Positions 26,662 to 36,317 of a stretch of DNA of 50,975 bases are shown one piece after another. This DNA comes from Candidatus Yanofskybacteria bacterium (lineage in GTDB: Bacteria; Patescibacteriota; Minisyncoccia; 2-02-FULL-40-12; GWA2-44-9). The position numbers and the translations under genes were made by a program. The notes below the pieces were generated by a model. That model worked only from the letters and a program-made list of their open reading frames with translations, ran no database searches and was not told the DNA's origin. Location: positions 1 to 50,975 of the forward strand of contig PLYL01000022.1 in the NCBI GenBank assembly GCA_003151795.1, written 5' to 3'. Position 1 is the stretch's first letter, and every line of letters starts with the position of its first letter.

Positions 26662-26944
26662 TGGATAAGCTGATTATTTTATTAGAGTATAGCCGAAAAT
26701 TGGTGTTGGGTCAATCCCACTGTTGAAGCACTACGATTAAAAAATTAATTTGACACAATAACAAGCACCGACACCTTGCTTGCAGGTTTTTATGTGCGGG
26801 GTCAATATTTACTATTTTTTTACGCTTGCTATACCAAATAGAGCGGGCGAGGGAACTGCGACGACTTATGAACACCATATCCACTGGCCGGCATGTTCTA
26901 AAAATTTTATTCAGTATAATGAATCGATAAATACCTCTCGATCA

Positions 26945-28318
26945 ATGACGAACGAAGAATTATGGAAGGCGGTGCTTGGTGAAATGGAGCTCTCGCTGAC
27001 GCGCGCGAACTTTATTACCTGGTTCAAGAACACGACTATCGTCGCCCGCGACCATAGTTCTATTGTGGTGAGTGTCCCTAATGGCTTTATCAAGGAATGG
27101 CTCGAAAATAAATTCAATAGAAAAATTCTCCAGTCCATTCGCGGCCTCACGCCGGAAATTCGGGAGATAAAATACTCGATTGGGAAACCCAGAGTAGACT
27201 TTGTCCGCCAGGATATATCGCGAATTATCCTTGAGAAAGAATTAGAGGAGAAGACAAATATTGTTTCGATCGATACTGATGTTGATCATCTCACCAACCT
27301 AAATAAGCGCTACTCCTTTGATTCCTTCGTTTCTGGCTCAAGCAACGAGATGGCGTATGCGGCCTGTCTTTCCGTAACCAAGAACCTCGGCAAAATATAT
27401 AATCCGCTTTTTATCTATGGCAATGTCGGCCTGGGCAAAACCCATCTCATCCAGGCGGTCGGGAACAAAGTCGCGGAAAACAAGGAAAAGAAAGTGCTCT
27501 ATCTCCAAGCGGAACGCTTTACGGCTCAAATTGTCGAAGCAATCATGAACCGGACGATTGAAGACTTAAAAAGCCAATACGAAAAAGTTGACCTGCTCAT
27601 CCTTGATGATGTTCAATTTATCGCCGGCAAAGTAAAAGCTCAAGAAATAATCTTTGCCACATTTAATGAGCTGTATGGAAGGAACAAGCAAATTATTCTC
27701 TCGTCAGACCGGCCGCCGGCCGCCATCCCCACCCTTGAAGAGCGCCTGCGCTCGCGTTTCGAGGGCGGGATGATTGCCGATGTCGGGGTGCCGGAACTGG
27801 AAACCCGTCTGGCCATCTTAAAACAGAAGCTAATCGGTAAAAATGTTGATTTGGGTGAAGAGACTCTTTCTTATATCGCCACCCACATGCAGAAAAATAT
27901 CCGCGAACTGGAAGGCGCGCTTAATCGAGTGGTGGCCTTTACTCAAATCTACAACAAAGTGCCCGAACTCAAAGAAGTTAAAAACATCCTCAACACCTAC
28001 TTGAGCACGCCTTACAAAAAGACCTCCCCGCAGGTAATTTTGAAAGCGGTGGCTGATTTTTATAATATTTCGGCCGCCGACCTGATAAAAAGGAGCCGTA
28101 AAAAAGAAGTTGTCCGGCCCCGGCAAGTCGCCATGTTTTTATTGCGCGATGAAACAAAACTTTCCTTCCCGGAAATCGGCCAGAAGCTCGGCGGCCGAGA
28201 CCATTCGACAGTTATTCATGCTTGTGAAAAAATAAGAAATGAATCGGCGATCGATGAACCCCTTAAACAAGAGCTGACTTTAATTAAAGAGCGCGTGTAT
28301 AACTCTTTTGATAAGTAG
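26945..28318 (+). CDS. dnaA: Chromosomal replication initiator
   Basis: [45 protein letters not shown]; start taken at MTNEELW. Confidence 0.97.
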   Translation: MTNEELWKAVLGEMELSLTRANFITWFKNTTIVARDHSSIVVSVPNGFIKEWLENKFNRKILQSIRGLTPEIREIKYSIGKPRVDFVRQDISRIILEKELEEKTNIVSIDTDVDHLTNLNKRYSFDSFVSGSSNEMAYAACLSVTKNLGKIYNPLFIYGNVGLGKTHLIQAVGNKVAENKEKKVLYLQAERFTAQIVEAIMNRTIEDLKSQYEKVDLLILDDVQFIAGKVKAQEIIFATFNELYGRNKQIILSSDRPPAAIPTLEERLRSRFEGGMIADVGVPELETRLAILKQKLIGKNVDLGEETLSYIATHMQKNIRELEGALNRVVAFTQIYNKVPELKEVKNILNTYLSTPYKKTSPQVILKAVADFYNISAADLIKRSRKKEVVRPRQVAMFLLRDETKLSFPEIGQKLGGRDHSTVIHACEKIRNESAIDEPLKQELTLIKERVYNSFDK

Positions 28319-28537
28319 GGGATAATTCGTGGATAAGGATGTGTTTAAAATATATCCAGACAAAGTATTATTAAACTATCCCTTAATATTCCAGTGCCTG
28401 TCCACAATATTTATGAATAAAAATTCACTTAAAAATATCGGCCTAGTAACGGTTTTTAGACCATATTTAATTAATTATTCACATATCCACTCTCTTAATA
28501 GTAATAATAAAAATATGAAACATAATATTTATTAATT
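28319..28537. other. Probable oriC (dnaA-dnaN intergenic region)
   Basis: DnaA-box-like cgtggataa, ctgtccaca, ttattcaca, atatccact; taa-tag-taa-taa trio-like run; AT-rich tract. Confidence 0.8.
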
Positions 28538-29626
28538 ATGAAACTTATTGTCAATCAAAAAAATCTCAAGCGAGCCATTAGTCTAGTAGAGAAAGTTGTT
28601 TCCAAAAATACATCCCTCCCAATTCTTGGAAATATATTATTTAAAACCGAAAATGGCCGATTGCGGTTATCAGCCACTAATTTAGAATTGGGGATTAATA
28701 CTTTAATCGGAGTAAAAATAGAAGAAGTCGGGGAAATTGCCGTTCCGGCCCGAATATTCTCTGATTTTATAAACACGGTTCAAGACGAAAAAGTCACTCT
28801 TGTGACTAAAAATAATACCCTGACGATTAACGCCGAACATTATAAAACAAGCATTCTCGGCTTCGACCCGAAAGATTTTCCGATTATTCCAAAAATAAAG
28901 TCTGAACCGATTGTTTCGATACCCGCCAGCATTCTCAAAGGCGCTCTGGTAAAAGTGCTAGACTCAATGGCTATATCCGAGACTAGGCCCGAACTGGCTG
29001 GCGTTCTGGTGCAGATAAAAGACAATCAATGCGTTTTTGTTTCGACCGATATTTTCCGGCTCTCTGAAGTAATTTTACCGATTAAGGCTTCCGCTTCCGC
29101 TTCGATTATTCTTCCCAGAAACACGGTGGCTGAATTAGTGCGCATGTGCAGCGATCTCGAGGGTGATGTGCAAATTAAATACGCCGACAATCAGGTCGCT
29201 TTCGTGGCTGAAGATATAGAGCTTGTTTCCCGAGTGGTGGACGGCACCTATCCGCCGTACAAAAACGTGATTCCAGAGAAGTTCATATCTCGAGCTTTGA
29301 TTAAGCGCGGTGAATTAGAAAACAATATCCGCCTGGCGGGCTTATTCGCTTCCAGTATTTCCGACGTGAAGATTGCCTGCTCAAAAGATAAATTGACGAT
29401 TACCGCCCGCAATAGCGATAAAGGCGAGATTGAGACCGATGTGCCGGCGGTTCTTAAAAACGAGCCGTTTGAGCTGTCTTTGAACTACCGATACATTCTG
29501 GACGGCCTTAAAAACATGCCCGGTAACGACGTGATTATTGAATTTACCGGCGCCGGCAGTCCGCTCGTCATGCGTCCGGGCGATGATAAGTCTTTCGTGT
29601 ATCTTATTATGCCTCTTAGAAACTAG
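28538..29626 (+). CDS. dnaN: DNA polymerase III beta clamp
   Basis: LPILGNI, ATNLE, SRVVDGTYPPY, YLIMPLR. Confidence 0.96.
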   Translation: MKLIVNQKNLKRAISLVEKVVSKNTSLPILGNILFKTENGRLRLSATNLELGINTLIGVKIEEVGEIAVPARIFSDFINTVQDEKVTLVTKNNTLTINAEHYKTSILGFDPKDFPIIPKIKSEPIVSIPASILKGALVKVLDSMAISETRPELAGVLVQIKDNQCVFVSTDIFRLSEVILPIKASASASIILPRNTVAELVRMCSDLEGDVQIKYADNQVAFVAEDIELVSRVVDGTYPPYKNVIPEKFISRALIKRGELENNIRLAGLFASSISDVKIACSKDKLTITARNSDKGEIETDVPAVLKNEPFELSLNYRYILDGLKNMPGNDVIIEFTGAGSPLVMRPGDDKSFVYLIMPLRN

Positions 29627-29650
29627 GGGTTATATTAATATAACCCCCCC

Positions 29651-29932
29651 ATGTTCCGAAATATTCAAGATCGCTTCGCGCGACGTCTCGAAAACATTAA
29701 GAGCAAAACCCAAACCCAAACGGAGCTCGAAAAAAATATCCGCTCATTTTTGATTCAAGAATTCGGCCCCATCGGAGAATCATTAAGTTTTAAAGCCGCT
29801 CAAGAAAATAAAAAAATACACATTCGGCTGGAGAGCAAGACGGCGGCCAATGAAATCGTGTTGCGGAGCGGCAAACTTAAAGAATCTCTGCGCGCTTTCG
29901 ATAATAAAATAGAAACTATCAATATCGACTAA
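29651..29932 (+). CDS. Hypothetical protein, possibly DciA/DUF721-like
   Basis: Position after dnaN; IHIRLESKTAANEIVLR pattern. Confidence 0.5.
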   Translation: MFRNIQDRFARRLENIKSKTQTQTELEKNIRSFLIQEFGPIGESLSFKAAQENKKIHIRLESKTAANEIVLRSGKLKESLRAFDNKIETINID

Positions 29933-29954
29933 GCTTGCCCGCCTAAGTTTTATT

Positions 29955-32156
29955 CTAAAAGTTTGGCGTGGGCGTCGGAGAAGGAGTCGGTGTGGGGGAC
30001 GGATAATTACCATATGACGCCTCGCCGTAGGCCTGTAGGACCGGCCAGTCCCAATTGGCGAACTGGGGATCGTTGCCAGGATTGGATGGGATTGGACCCA
30101 GCGGGTCGGTCCGGTCGACGTAATAAAGGATTTCATGGTACTGGGTCGGCCCGCCGTCTGGCGGGGTGTAGCTTATGTTGCCATTCAGCATGGGCTTGTC
30201 AGAGCTCACCGGGTCCGGATCGGGGAATGATTCATGGGGAAAAGTCGCCAGGGCTTGGGTCATGAATTCGTGCCACATTGGTCCGGCGGCGCTGACACCG
30301 GCGCCGGCTTGGGTCATGGAACTGTTGTCGTTGTTGCCGGTCCAGACGGCCGTGGAGATGGACGGACTGAAGCCGACCAGCCAGCCGTCGCGATTATCTT
30401 GGGTGGTGCCGGTTTTGGCGGCCACGTCGTAGCCGGGAATATAGAGCGAACTGTTGTAGCCGAACTCCGGCGCCCGGGCGGAATTATCAGAGAGGACATT
30501 ATCAATTAATCGAGCGGTTTGGGTGTCGAGAACACGCTGGGGCTGGTCCTGGGCTTGTTCCAGGATGTTGCCATTCACGTCGGAAACGCTTTTGATAATG
30601 CGATACGGATTACGGACGCCGTCATTGGCGAAGACGCCGTAAGCCGAAGCCATGTCGATTGGTTTCACTTCCGCCCCGCCTAAGACCAAGGAGAGGCCGT
30701 AGCGGCTCGGGTCGGTCAGGGTGGTGATGCCCATTTCTTGAGCGAAACTGATAGTGTCGGGGATGCCCGCGAGATAGAGCGTTTTTACCGACGGCACATT
30801 GAGCGATTCATCAATGGCTTGGCGCATCGTAACGGCGCCGCGGAATTTACCGTCATAATCTTGGGGGTGGTAGCAAGCTAACCCGTATTGGTCGGTGGTC
30901 TGATTTCCATCCGGCGAGCAGTTGGGATTGAATTCTGTTTTGTAATCGAAGATGGTCGTTGAGTCGGGGTAGCCCTTCTGGAAAGCGACCGCATAGGCAA
31001 ATGGCTTGAATGAGGAACCGGGCTGGCGGGCCGCGGTGGCGACATTAAAGTTGCCTTGATTGGCGACGTCGAAATAATTAACCGAGCCGACTAAAGCAAG
31101 GACGTCGCCATTTTTCGGACTGACGGCGACCAGAGCCGCGTTCGAGGCTTTGTATTTTGTTTTGTTGATGGCCGCGTATTTGGTCACGGCCGCTTCGGCG
31201 TAGCCCTGGAGGGTGGCGTCGAGGGTGGTGATGATATTAAAGCCGCCGCTTTCAATCGCCGCCTCGCCGTATTTAGCGGCCAGATAATCTTTGACCATAA
31301 TCACAAAATGCGGAGCGGTGATGCTTTCGGTACTCGAATGAAAGACCGGCTTTTCGGCGACGGCTTGCTGATAGTCGGCGTCGGAGATTGAACCGAGCTT
31401 TTTCATGCTGGCGAGAATAGTATTCTTGCGGGTGATAAGGTCATCAATGTGATTGCCGTAGGGCGAGTAGTAGCTCGGCGCTTGGGGCAGGGCCGCCAGC
31501 GTGGCCGCTTCGCTCAAATCTAATTGAGAGGCGCTTTTGCCGAAGAATGTTTTGGACGCCGCCTCGATACCGTAGGCGTTCGAGCCGTAAGGAATCTGGT
31601 TTAAATACATCCAAAAAATCTGGTCTTTGGAAAACTGGCGTTCCAGCTCAACCGATAAAATCAACTCTTCAACTTTACGCAAGGCTGTTTTCTGGCTTCC
31701 GAGGAGAGTCTGCTTAACTAATTGTTGGGTAATTGTTGAACCACCCTGCGATAAGCTGAAGGTTGTAACATCATTATATATCGACCGAAGAATACCTTTT
31801 ATATCAAACCCGCCATGAGAATAGAAACCGCTGTCTTCGGCGGCGAGAGTCGCGTTCTTTAAATTGGCCGGGATTTGTTCCCAAGGAATGATGGTTCGCT
31901 TTTCTTCGCCATGGATGTCATAGAGAAGGACCTGGCCCGTCCGATCGTAGATTTTGGTCGATTCGCTGACTTTGCGATCGGCGATGGAGTTGGGGTCGGG
32001 AAGGATGCGCTGGATATAGATAAACAAGCCGAAAAACAAAATCGCGCCGATGACGACAAGCCAGAGCACGAACATTCCCACTTGCTTCAGGCTCGGCTTT
32101 TTAATTTTTGAACTCTTGAATACTCGGCCGATAATAGGCGACATGGCTGACATCAT
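29955..32156 (-). CDS. Class A penicillin-binding protein (PBP1A family)
   Basis: AEDSGFYSHGG, GGSTITQQL, RKVEE, SSFK, SLN, KTGT. Confidence 0.95.
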   Translation of the reverse strand: MMSAMSPIIGRVFKSSKIKKPSLKQVGMFVLWLVVIGAILFFGLFIYIQRILPDPNSIADRKVSESTKIYDRTGQVLLYDIHGEEKRTIIPWEQIPANLKNATLAAEDSGFYSHGGFDIKGILRSIYNDVTTFSLSQGGSTITQQLVKQTLLGSQKTALRKVEELILSVELERQFSKDQIFWMYLNQIPYGSNAYGIEAASKTFFGKSASQLDLSEAATLAALPQAPSYYSPYGNHIDDLITRKNTILASMKKLGSISDADYQQAVAEKPVFHSSTESITAPHFVIMVKDYLAAKYGEAAIESGGFNIITTLDATLQGYAEAAVTKYAAINKTKYKASNAALVAVSPKNGDVLALVGSVNYFDVANQGNFNVATAARQPGSSFKPFAYAVAFQKGYPDSTTIFDYKTEFNPNCSPDGNQTTDQYGLACYHPQDYDGKFRGAVTMRQAIDESLNVPSVKTLYLAGIPDTISFAQEMGITTLTDPSRYGLSLVLGGAEVKPIDMASAYGVFANDGVRNPYRIIKSVSDVNGNILEQAQDQPQRVLDTQTARLIDNVLSDNSARAPEFGYNSSLYIPGYDVAAKTGTTQDNRDGWLVGFSPSISTAVWTGNNDNSSMTQAGAGVSAAGPMWHEFMTQALATFPHESFPDPDPVSSDKPMLNGNISYTPPDGGPTQYHEILYYVDRTDPLGPIPSNPGNDPQFANWDWPVLQAYGEASYGNYPSPTPTPSPTPTPNF

Positions 32157-32209
32157 GCCACAAAAACCGCATATTTACAACATTCTGATTACAGGATACT
32201 ATATACATC

Positions 32210-33382
32210 ATGAATGAAATACTAGAACGAGGGGTTGAAGAAATAATCGAACAGGACCATCTAAAAAAACGATTACAAAACGGCGATGTTCTTCGGGTCA
32301 AACTTGGTATCGACCCAACCGCGAAGGATTTACATCTGGGCCACACGGTAGTGCTTCGAAAACTAAGGCAGTTCCAAGATGCGGGCCACCAAGCAGTGTT
32401 TATTATCGGCGATTTTACTGCGCTGATAGGCGATCCTTCGGGCCGAAGCGATTTACGCCCAGTATTAACATCTGAACAAATAAAAGAAAATCTCAAGAAT
32501 TATCTCAAGGAGGCCGGCAAAGTTATTGATTTAAAAAAAGCCGAAGTTCGGTACAACTCTGAATGGTTGGGTAGTCAGGGCCCGGGTTTTATTATGGAGC
32601 TCGCCAGTAAGTTTACTGTGGCGAGGATGCTTGAACGGGATGATTTTCAAAAACGGATTAAGAATGACCAGGATGTTGGAGTTCTCGAAATTATGTACCC
32701 GATTTTACAGGGATATGATTCCGTGGCGGTGAAAGCGGATGTGGAGCTTGGTGGCACAGATCAAAAATTCAACTTGCTTATGGGTAGAAAGGTTCAGAAA
32801 CGCTATGGCCAGCCGGAGCAGGACATAATAACATGCCCGCTTATTGAAGGGCTGGACGGTGTAAATAAAATGAGCAAAAGTCTTGGCAACTATGTCGGTA
32901 TTTCTGATATTCCTGCCGATATGTTCGGGAAAATTATGTCCTTGCCGGACGGCTTGATGATAAAATATTTCACCCTTCTCACTGATGTCCCACAGGAAGA
33001 AATTGATCAGCTAAAAAAAGAGCGAGAAGATTTAAGAGTAACTCCTACTCGCTCGCCAAAAGAATGGAAAGAGAAATTGGCCCACGAGTTGGTTAGAATG
33101 TACCACGGAGAAAAAGAAGCCCAAAAAGCCCAAAAAGAATTTTCTAATGTTTTCTCAAAAAAAGAATTACCAGAAGACATCCAGGAATTTTCCGTCGCCG
33201 GGCAATCAATTCTAGATTTTATTTCTGACAATAATTTAGCCGAGTCTCGTTCGGAAGCAAAAAGATTACTTGAGCAGAAGGCCGTGAAAGTAAATTCGAT
33301 ACATGTTACAGATTGGGGGCAAGTGCTATCGAAAGGGGATATTATTCAAGTTGGTCCGCGAAAATTCGCAAAAGTTAAGTAA
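32210..33382 (+). CDS. tyrS: Tyrosine-tRNA ligase
   Basis: GIDPT..DLHLGH, GGTDQKFN, KMSKS, C-terminal S4 domain. Confidence 0.96.
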   Translation: MNEILERGVEEIIEQDHLKKRLQNGDVLRVKLGIDPTAKDLHLGHTVVLRKLRQFQDAGHQAVFIIGDFTALIGDPSGRSDLRPVLTSEQIKENLKNYLKEAGKVIDLKKAEVRYNSEWLGSQGPGFIMELASKFTVARMLERDDFQKRIKNDQDVGVLEIMYPILQGYDSVAVKADVELGGTDQKFNLLMGRKVQKRYGQPEQDIITCPLIEGLDGVNKMSKSLGNYVGISDIPADMFGKIMSLPDGLMIKYFTLLTDVPQEEIDQLKKEREDLRVTPTRSPKEWKEKLAHELVRMYHGEKEAQKAQKEFSNVFSKKELPEDIQEFSVAGQSILDFISDNNLAESRSEAKRLLEQKAVKVNSIHVTDWGQVLSKGDIIQVGPRKFAKVK

Positions 33383-33414
33383 TATAAAATCGGCCTCTCG
33401 GCCGATTTTATATT
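33381..33414. terminator. Bidirectional terminator
   Basis: aatataaaatcggcc-tctc-ggccgattttatatt between convergent genes. Confidence 0.85.
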
Positions 33415-33418
33415 TGAA

Positions 33419-33607
33419 TTAAGAGGTGACTGGTGGCTCTTCCTCATCTTCTTCTTCATCCTCGTCATTTTCATCCGTGTCGTCTTTGTCCACATCTAGG
33501 TCATCTTCCTCATCTTCATCCTCGTCGGGCTTGTCTGGGTCTACATCAGCTTCGAGATTAAGCATCTTCTTTTCGAGTGATTCTTCCAACAAGGACTGGT
33601 CAGTCAT
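33419..33607 (-). CDS. Small highly acidic protein
   Basis: 62 aa with an Asp/Glu-rich tail; downstream of ruvC and upstream of the terminator. Confidence 0.6.
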   Translation of the reverse strand: MTDQSLLEESLEKKMLNLEADVDPDKPDEDEDEEDDLDVDKDDTDENDEDEEEDEEEPPVTS

Positions 33608-33682
33608 AGCGACTGTAAATATCTTCTTTGCGCCGAGCAGATTCCATTAGGAAACAGCACTCATTCACAAACAAGATGGTTA

Positions 33683-34156
33683 TTATACCGATATTCTAGT
33701 AGACGCGGAGCAAATTGCAATAGCTAAGGCGTCGGCGGCGTCATCGGGCTTGATGGGTTCTTTAATATTCAATAGCATCTTAACCATTCGCTGGACCTGG
33801 TCTTTATCGGCTCGGCCATAGGCGCTGATGTTTTGTTTCACTTGTAATGGTGTGAATTCATGGACGGGCAAGTTGTGTTTGGCAAGCGTCAGCATAATCA
33901 CGCCCCGCATCTCACTCACCGCCATCACGGTTTTCTGGTTGTTAAAGAAAAACAGCTTCTCGATACCCGCCGAGTCGGGCTTATATTTTTTAATCAACTT
34001 CGTCAGTGCTTTCTCGGTTTCGATAAAATCAAACAGCTTATCTTTGCCGGTATTGGAAATAATTCCATAGGCAACACAACTCATCTTGTTCCGATCATGC
34101 TGAACGACGCCATAGCCAATTCTGGTTGTGCCGGGATCAATGCCTAATGCTATCAC
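33683..34156 (-). CDS. ruvC: Holliday junction resolvase
   Basis: LGIDPG..RIGYG, IEKLFF, PDDAADALAIA. Confidence 0.95.
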   Translation of the reverse strand: MIALGIDPGTTRIGYGVVQHDRNKMSCVAYGIISNTGKDKLFDFIETEKALTKLIKKYKPDSAGIEKLFFFNNQKTVMAVSEMRGVIMLTLAKHNLPVHEFTPLQVKQNISAYGRADKDQVQRMVKMLLNIKEPIKPDDAADALAIAICSASTRISV

Positions 34157-34225
34157 TAGCGTGCAAGCGGTAAGCTAGTAAGTCGGCAAGCTTTTTGCTT
34201 ACACGCTTATCAGCTTACATACTTA

Positions 34226-34732
34226 TTAGCTTTCCAAGTTTGAGGCCACATCATCGACATCGTCTTGGTCATCGAGGGCTTCAAAGAGGGAATCGAGTTT
34301 GGCGTGGTCTTCGGGGCTAATTTCAGCGGGGGTGTGGAACATCCAATCGATGCTTCTGGGTTGAACCATTTTGGCATGGTGGCCGGTTAGTATATTTCGT
34401 ATTTCCGTAATGGTGCGATTCGAATTATCGGTAATGGCTTTAATCTTTAAAGCAACTCCGCCGGGACCGATAGCTTCAACCATAATTTCTTGGAGCTGGG
34501 CCGCCGACTTGTCCGACACTTTCTTGATGGCTCGGTCGATGTTTTCCTTGGGCATATTCGCGGCTCGAGCTTGTTCAATCGCGCCAGCGAGCGTGGAATT
34601 GGATTTTTGGTCGCTTCCATTGCGGGCGGCAAGAGTAATATTCTTTGAAAGTTTCGAAAACAGCTGGCCGCGTTTCTGGTCAGTCGCGCCTTTCTTGTGC
34701 TTGATTGTCGACCATTTCGAATGCCCGCTCAT
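34226..34732 (-). CDS. yebC: YebC/PmpR family protein (short form)
   Basis: MSGHSKWSTIKHKK, NMPKENIDRAI, TDNSNRT. Confidence 0.92.
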   Translation of the reverse strand: MSGHSKWSTIKHKKGATDQKRGQLFSKLSKNITLAARNGSDQKSNSTLAGAIEQARAANMPKENIDRAIKKVSDKSAAQLQEIMVEAIGPGGVALKIKAITDNSNRTITEIRNILTGHHAKMVQPRSIDWMFHTPAEISPEDHAKLDSLFEALDDQDDVDDVASNLES

Positions 34733-34771
34733 AGGATAGTAATTAGGACTTAGAAATTAGTAATTAGAAAT

Positions 34772-35866
34772 TTATAAATCCAGCCCCGCATTTTTGGGTG
34801 GATTTATTTTGATGTGTTTGTAGCCACCCGGAGTGAGGACACGGCCTTTGGAGGTGCGGGCGAGGAGGCCGAGTTGCATGAGGTAGGGTTCGTAGACATC
34901 TTCGACCGTCGCTTCTTCTTCAGAGATGGTCGCGGCGATGGTTTTCAAGCCCACGGGTCCGCCCGCGAATTTTTCGGCGATAGTGAGGAGGATCTTCCGG
35001 TCGGTGTCTTCCAGGCCCTTGTCGTCGACCTCCAGCATGTCTAATGCTTGTTTAGCTAGTTCAGCAGTGATCACCGTATCCTTCATCCCGTCAGAAGTCA
35101 CGCTCGCGCTCGGAGCGCGAGTCCGGAGGACCTTGGCGGGGCTACTTCCCACGGGATTCATCTGGGCGAAATCACGGACGCGTTTGAGTAGCCGATTCGC
35201 CACCCGAGGCGTATACCTAGAAGCAACAGCAATCGCTTTGATCGCTTCGGGTTCGGCTTTAACGCCCAGCAACTTGGCGGAACGGGCGATGATTTTGGAT
35301 ATTTCGGCTTCGTTGTAGAAATCTAAACGGAAGCTAACACCGAAGCGAGAACGAAAAGGCGCCGACAACAACGAAATCTTAGTCGTGGCGGCGATGAGAG
35401 TAAAACGGGGGAGTCCAATCTGGAGGGTTTTGGCACTGTTGCCTTTGCCGATGACGATATCGAGATTAAAGTTCTCCATGGCCGGATAAATAACTTCCTC
35501 AACGCTTTTATTGAGGCGGTGGACTTCATCTATGAATAACACATCGCCATCTTGAAGGCCCGTCAGAATCGAGCCGACATCGCCGGCTTTTTCCAGGGCC
35601 GTGCCGGAAGTGATTTTAATCGAAGTACCCAGTTCTTTGGCTATAAGGTAAGAAAGGGTGGTTTTACCGAGGCCGGACGGGCCATGAAGCAAGAGGTGCT
35701 CGATGGGCTCATTGCGCTTCTTGGCCGCGCCAATCATGACCTTGAGGTTGGCCTTTATTTTCTCTTGGCCGATATACTCATCAAATGTCTTTGGCCGGAG
35801 GGCCTGATCGAGCAATTGGTCGTCTAGGACGGCTACCGGAGTTGTGGAAGAAGGCTGTTGTTTCAT
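34772..35866 (-). CDS. ruvB: Holliday junction branch migration helicase, with an in-frame insert
   Basis: [49 protein letters not shown]. Confidence 0.96.
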   Translation of the reverse strand: MKQQPSSTTPVAVLDDQLLDQALRPKTFDEYIGQEKIKANLKVMIGAAKKRNEPIEHLLLHGPSGLGKTTLSYLIAKELGTSIKITSGTALEKAGDVGSILTGLQDGDVLFIDEVHRLNKSVEEVIYPAMENFNLDIVIGKGNSAKTLQIGLPRFTLIAATTKISLLSAPFRSRFGVSFRLDFYNEAEISKIIARSAKLLGVKAEPEAIKAIAVASRYTPRVANRLLKRVRDFAQMNPVGSSPAKVLRTRAPSASVTSDGMKDTVITAELAKQALDMLEVDDKGLEDTDRKILLTIAEKFAGGPVGLKTIAATISEEEATVEDVYEPYLMQLGLLARTSKGRVLTPGGYKHIKINPPKNAGLDL

Positions 35867-35938
35867 TGGGCTTGACCCCTCACTTGAAAAGCAGTTACTT
35901 GCAGTATTGGGGCCAATTTCTGCTTTTCAAGTGAGGGG

Positions 35939-35967
35939 TTGACATTCTCCTTAATTTGGATTAAAAT
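35939..35967 (+). promoter_or_regulatory. Near-consensus sigma70 promoter facing a non-coding structured region
   Basis: TTGACA-17 bp-TAAAAT; a 20-bp inverted repeat (35875-35894 / 35920-35939) abuts the -35. Confidence 0.65.
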
Positions 35968-35989
35968 ATAAGCATAGTATCGACTCGGA

Positions 35990-36154
35990 AGGACCTCTTT
36001 AATCTGTAGGCAATTAGACTGCTCCTTAAACGTGGCGGTCTAATCGGGGTATTATCGTGATGGGCGACTCGGCCTCGGCTGGGTCTACCCTCTGACCTAT
36101 CCTGGCCTGCTTCCTTATGGAAACAGGTTTTTGCCTACAGATTAAAAAGGTCCT
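35990..36154 (+). ncRNA. Candidate structured ncRNA (multibranch, 24-bp closing stem)
   Basis: aggacctctttaatctgtaggcaa / ttgcctacagattaaaaaggtcct enclosing internal hairpins; downstream of the promoter; no ORF. Confidence 0.4.
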
Positions 36155-36317
36155 ATTAACTTAGTGGGCGCACGCTCTCGCCTTCGGCTACCGAGCGGCT
36201 CTTGGCCAACTGCTTCGTTGAATCCTCCGCTTGCTCCTCGCTGTACCACTAGTACAGCTCGTCGCAATGCTCGGATTCGCCTCGCATTTGACCAAGCCAC
36301 TGGCGTTAATTAATCTA

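Noticed and set aside
26780-26944. N-terminal extensions in the ORF track for DnaA, YidC, TlyA, HicB and the 22675 ORF
   Set aside because: Family similarity begins at downstream ATGs; the extensions overlap intergenic or other coding sequence.
28329-28535. 68-aa ORF between dnaA and dnaN
   Set aside because: It coincides with DnaA boxes and the AT-rich origin and has no protein-like features.
36095-36130. SRP RNA (aaggaagcag on the minus strand)
   Set aside because: The motif lies in a simple hairpin without the CAGG...GNRA domain IV arrangement.
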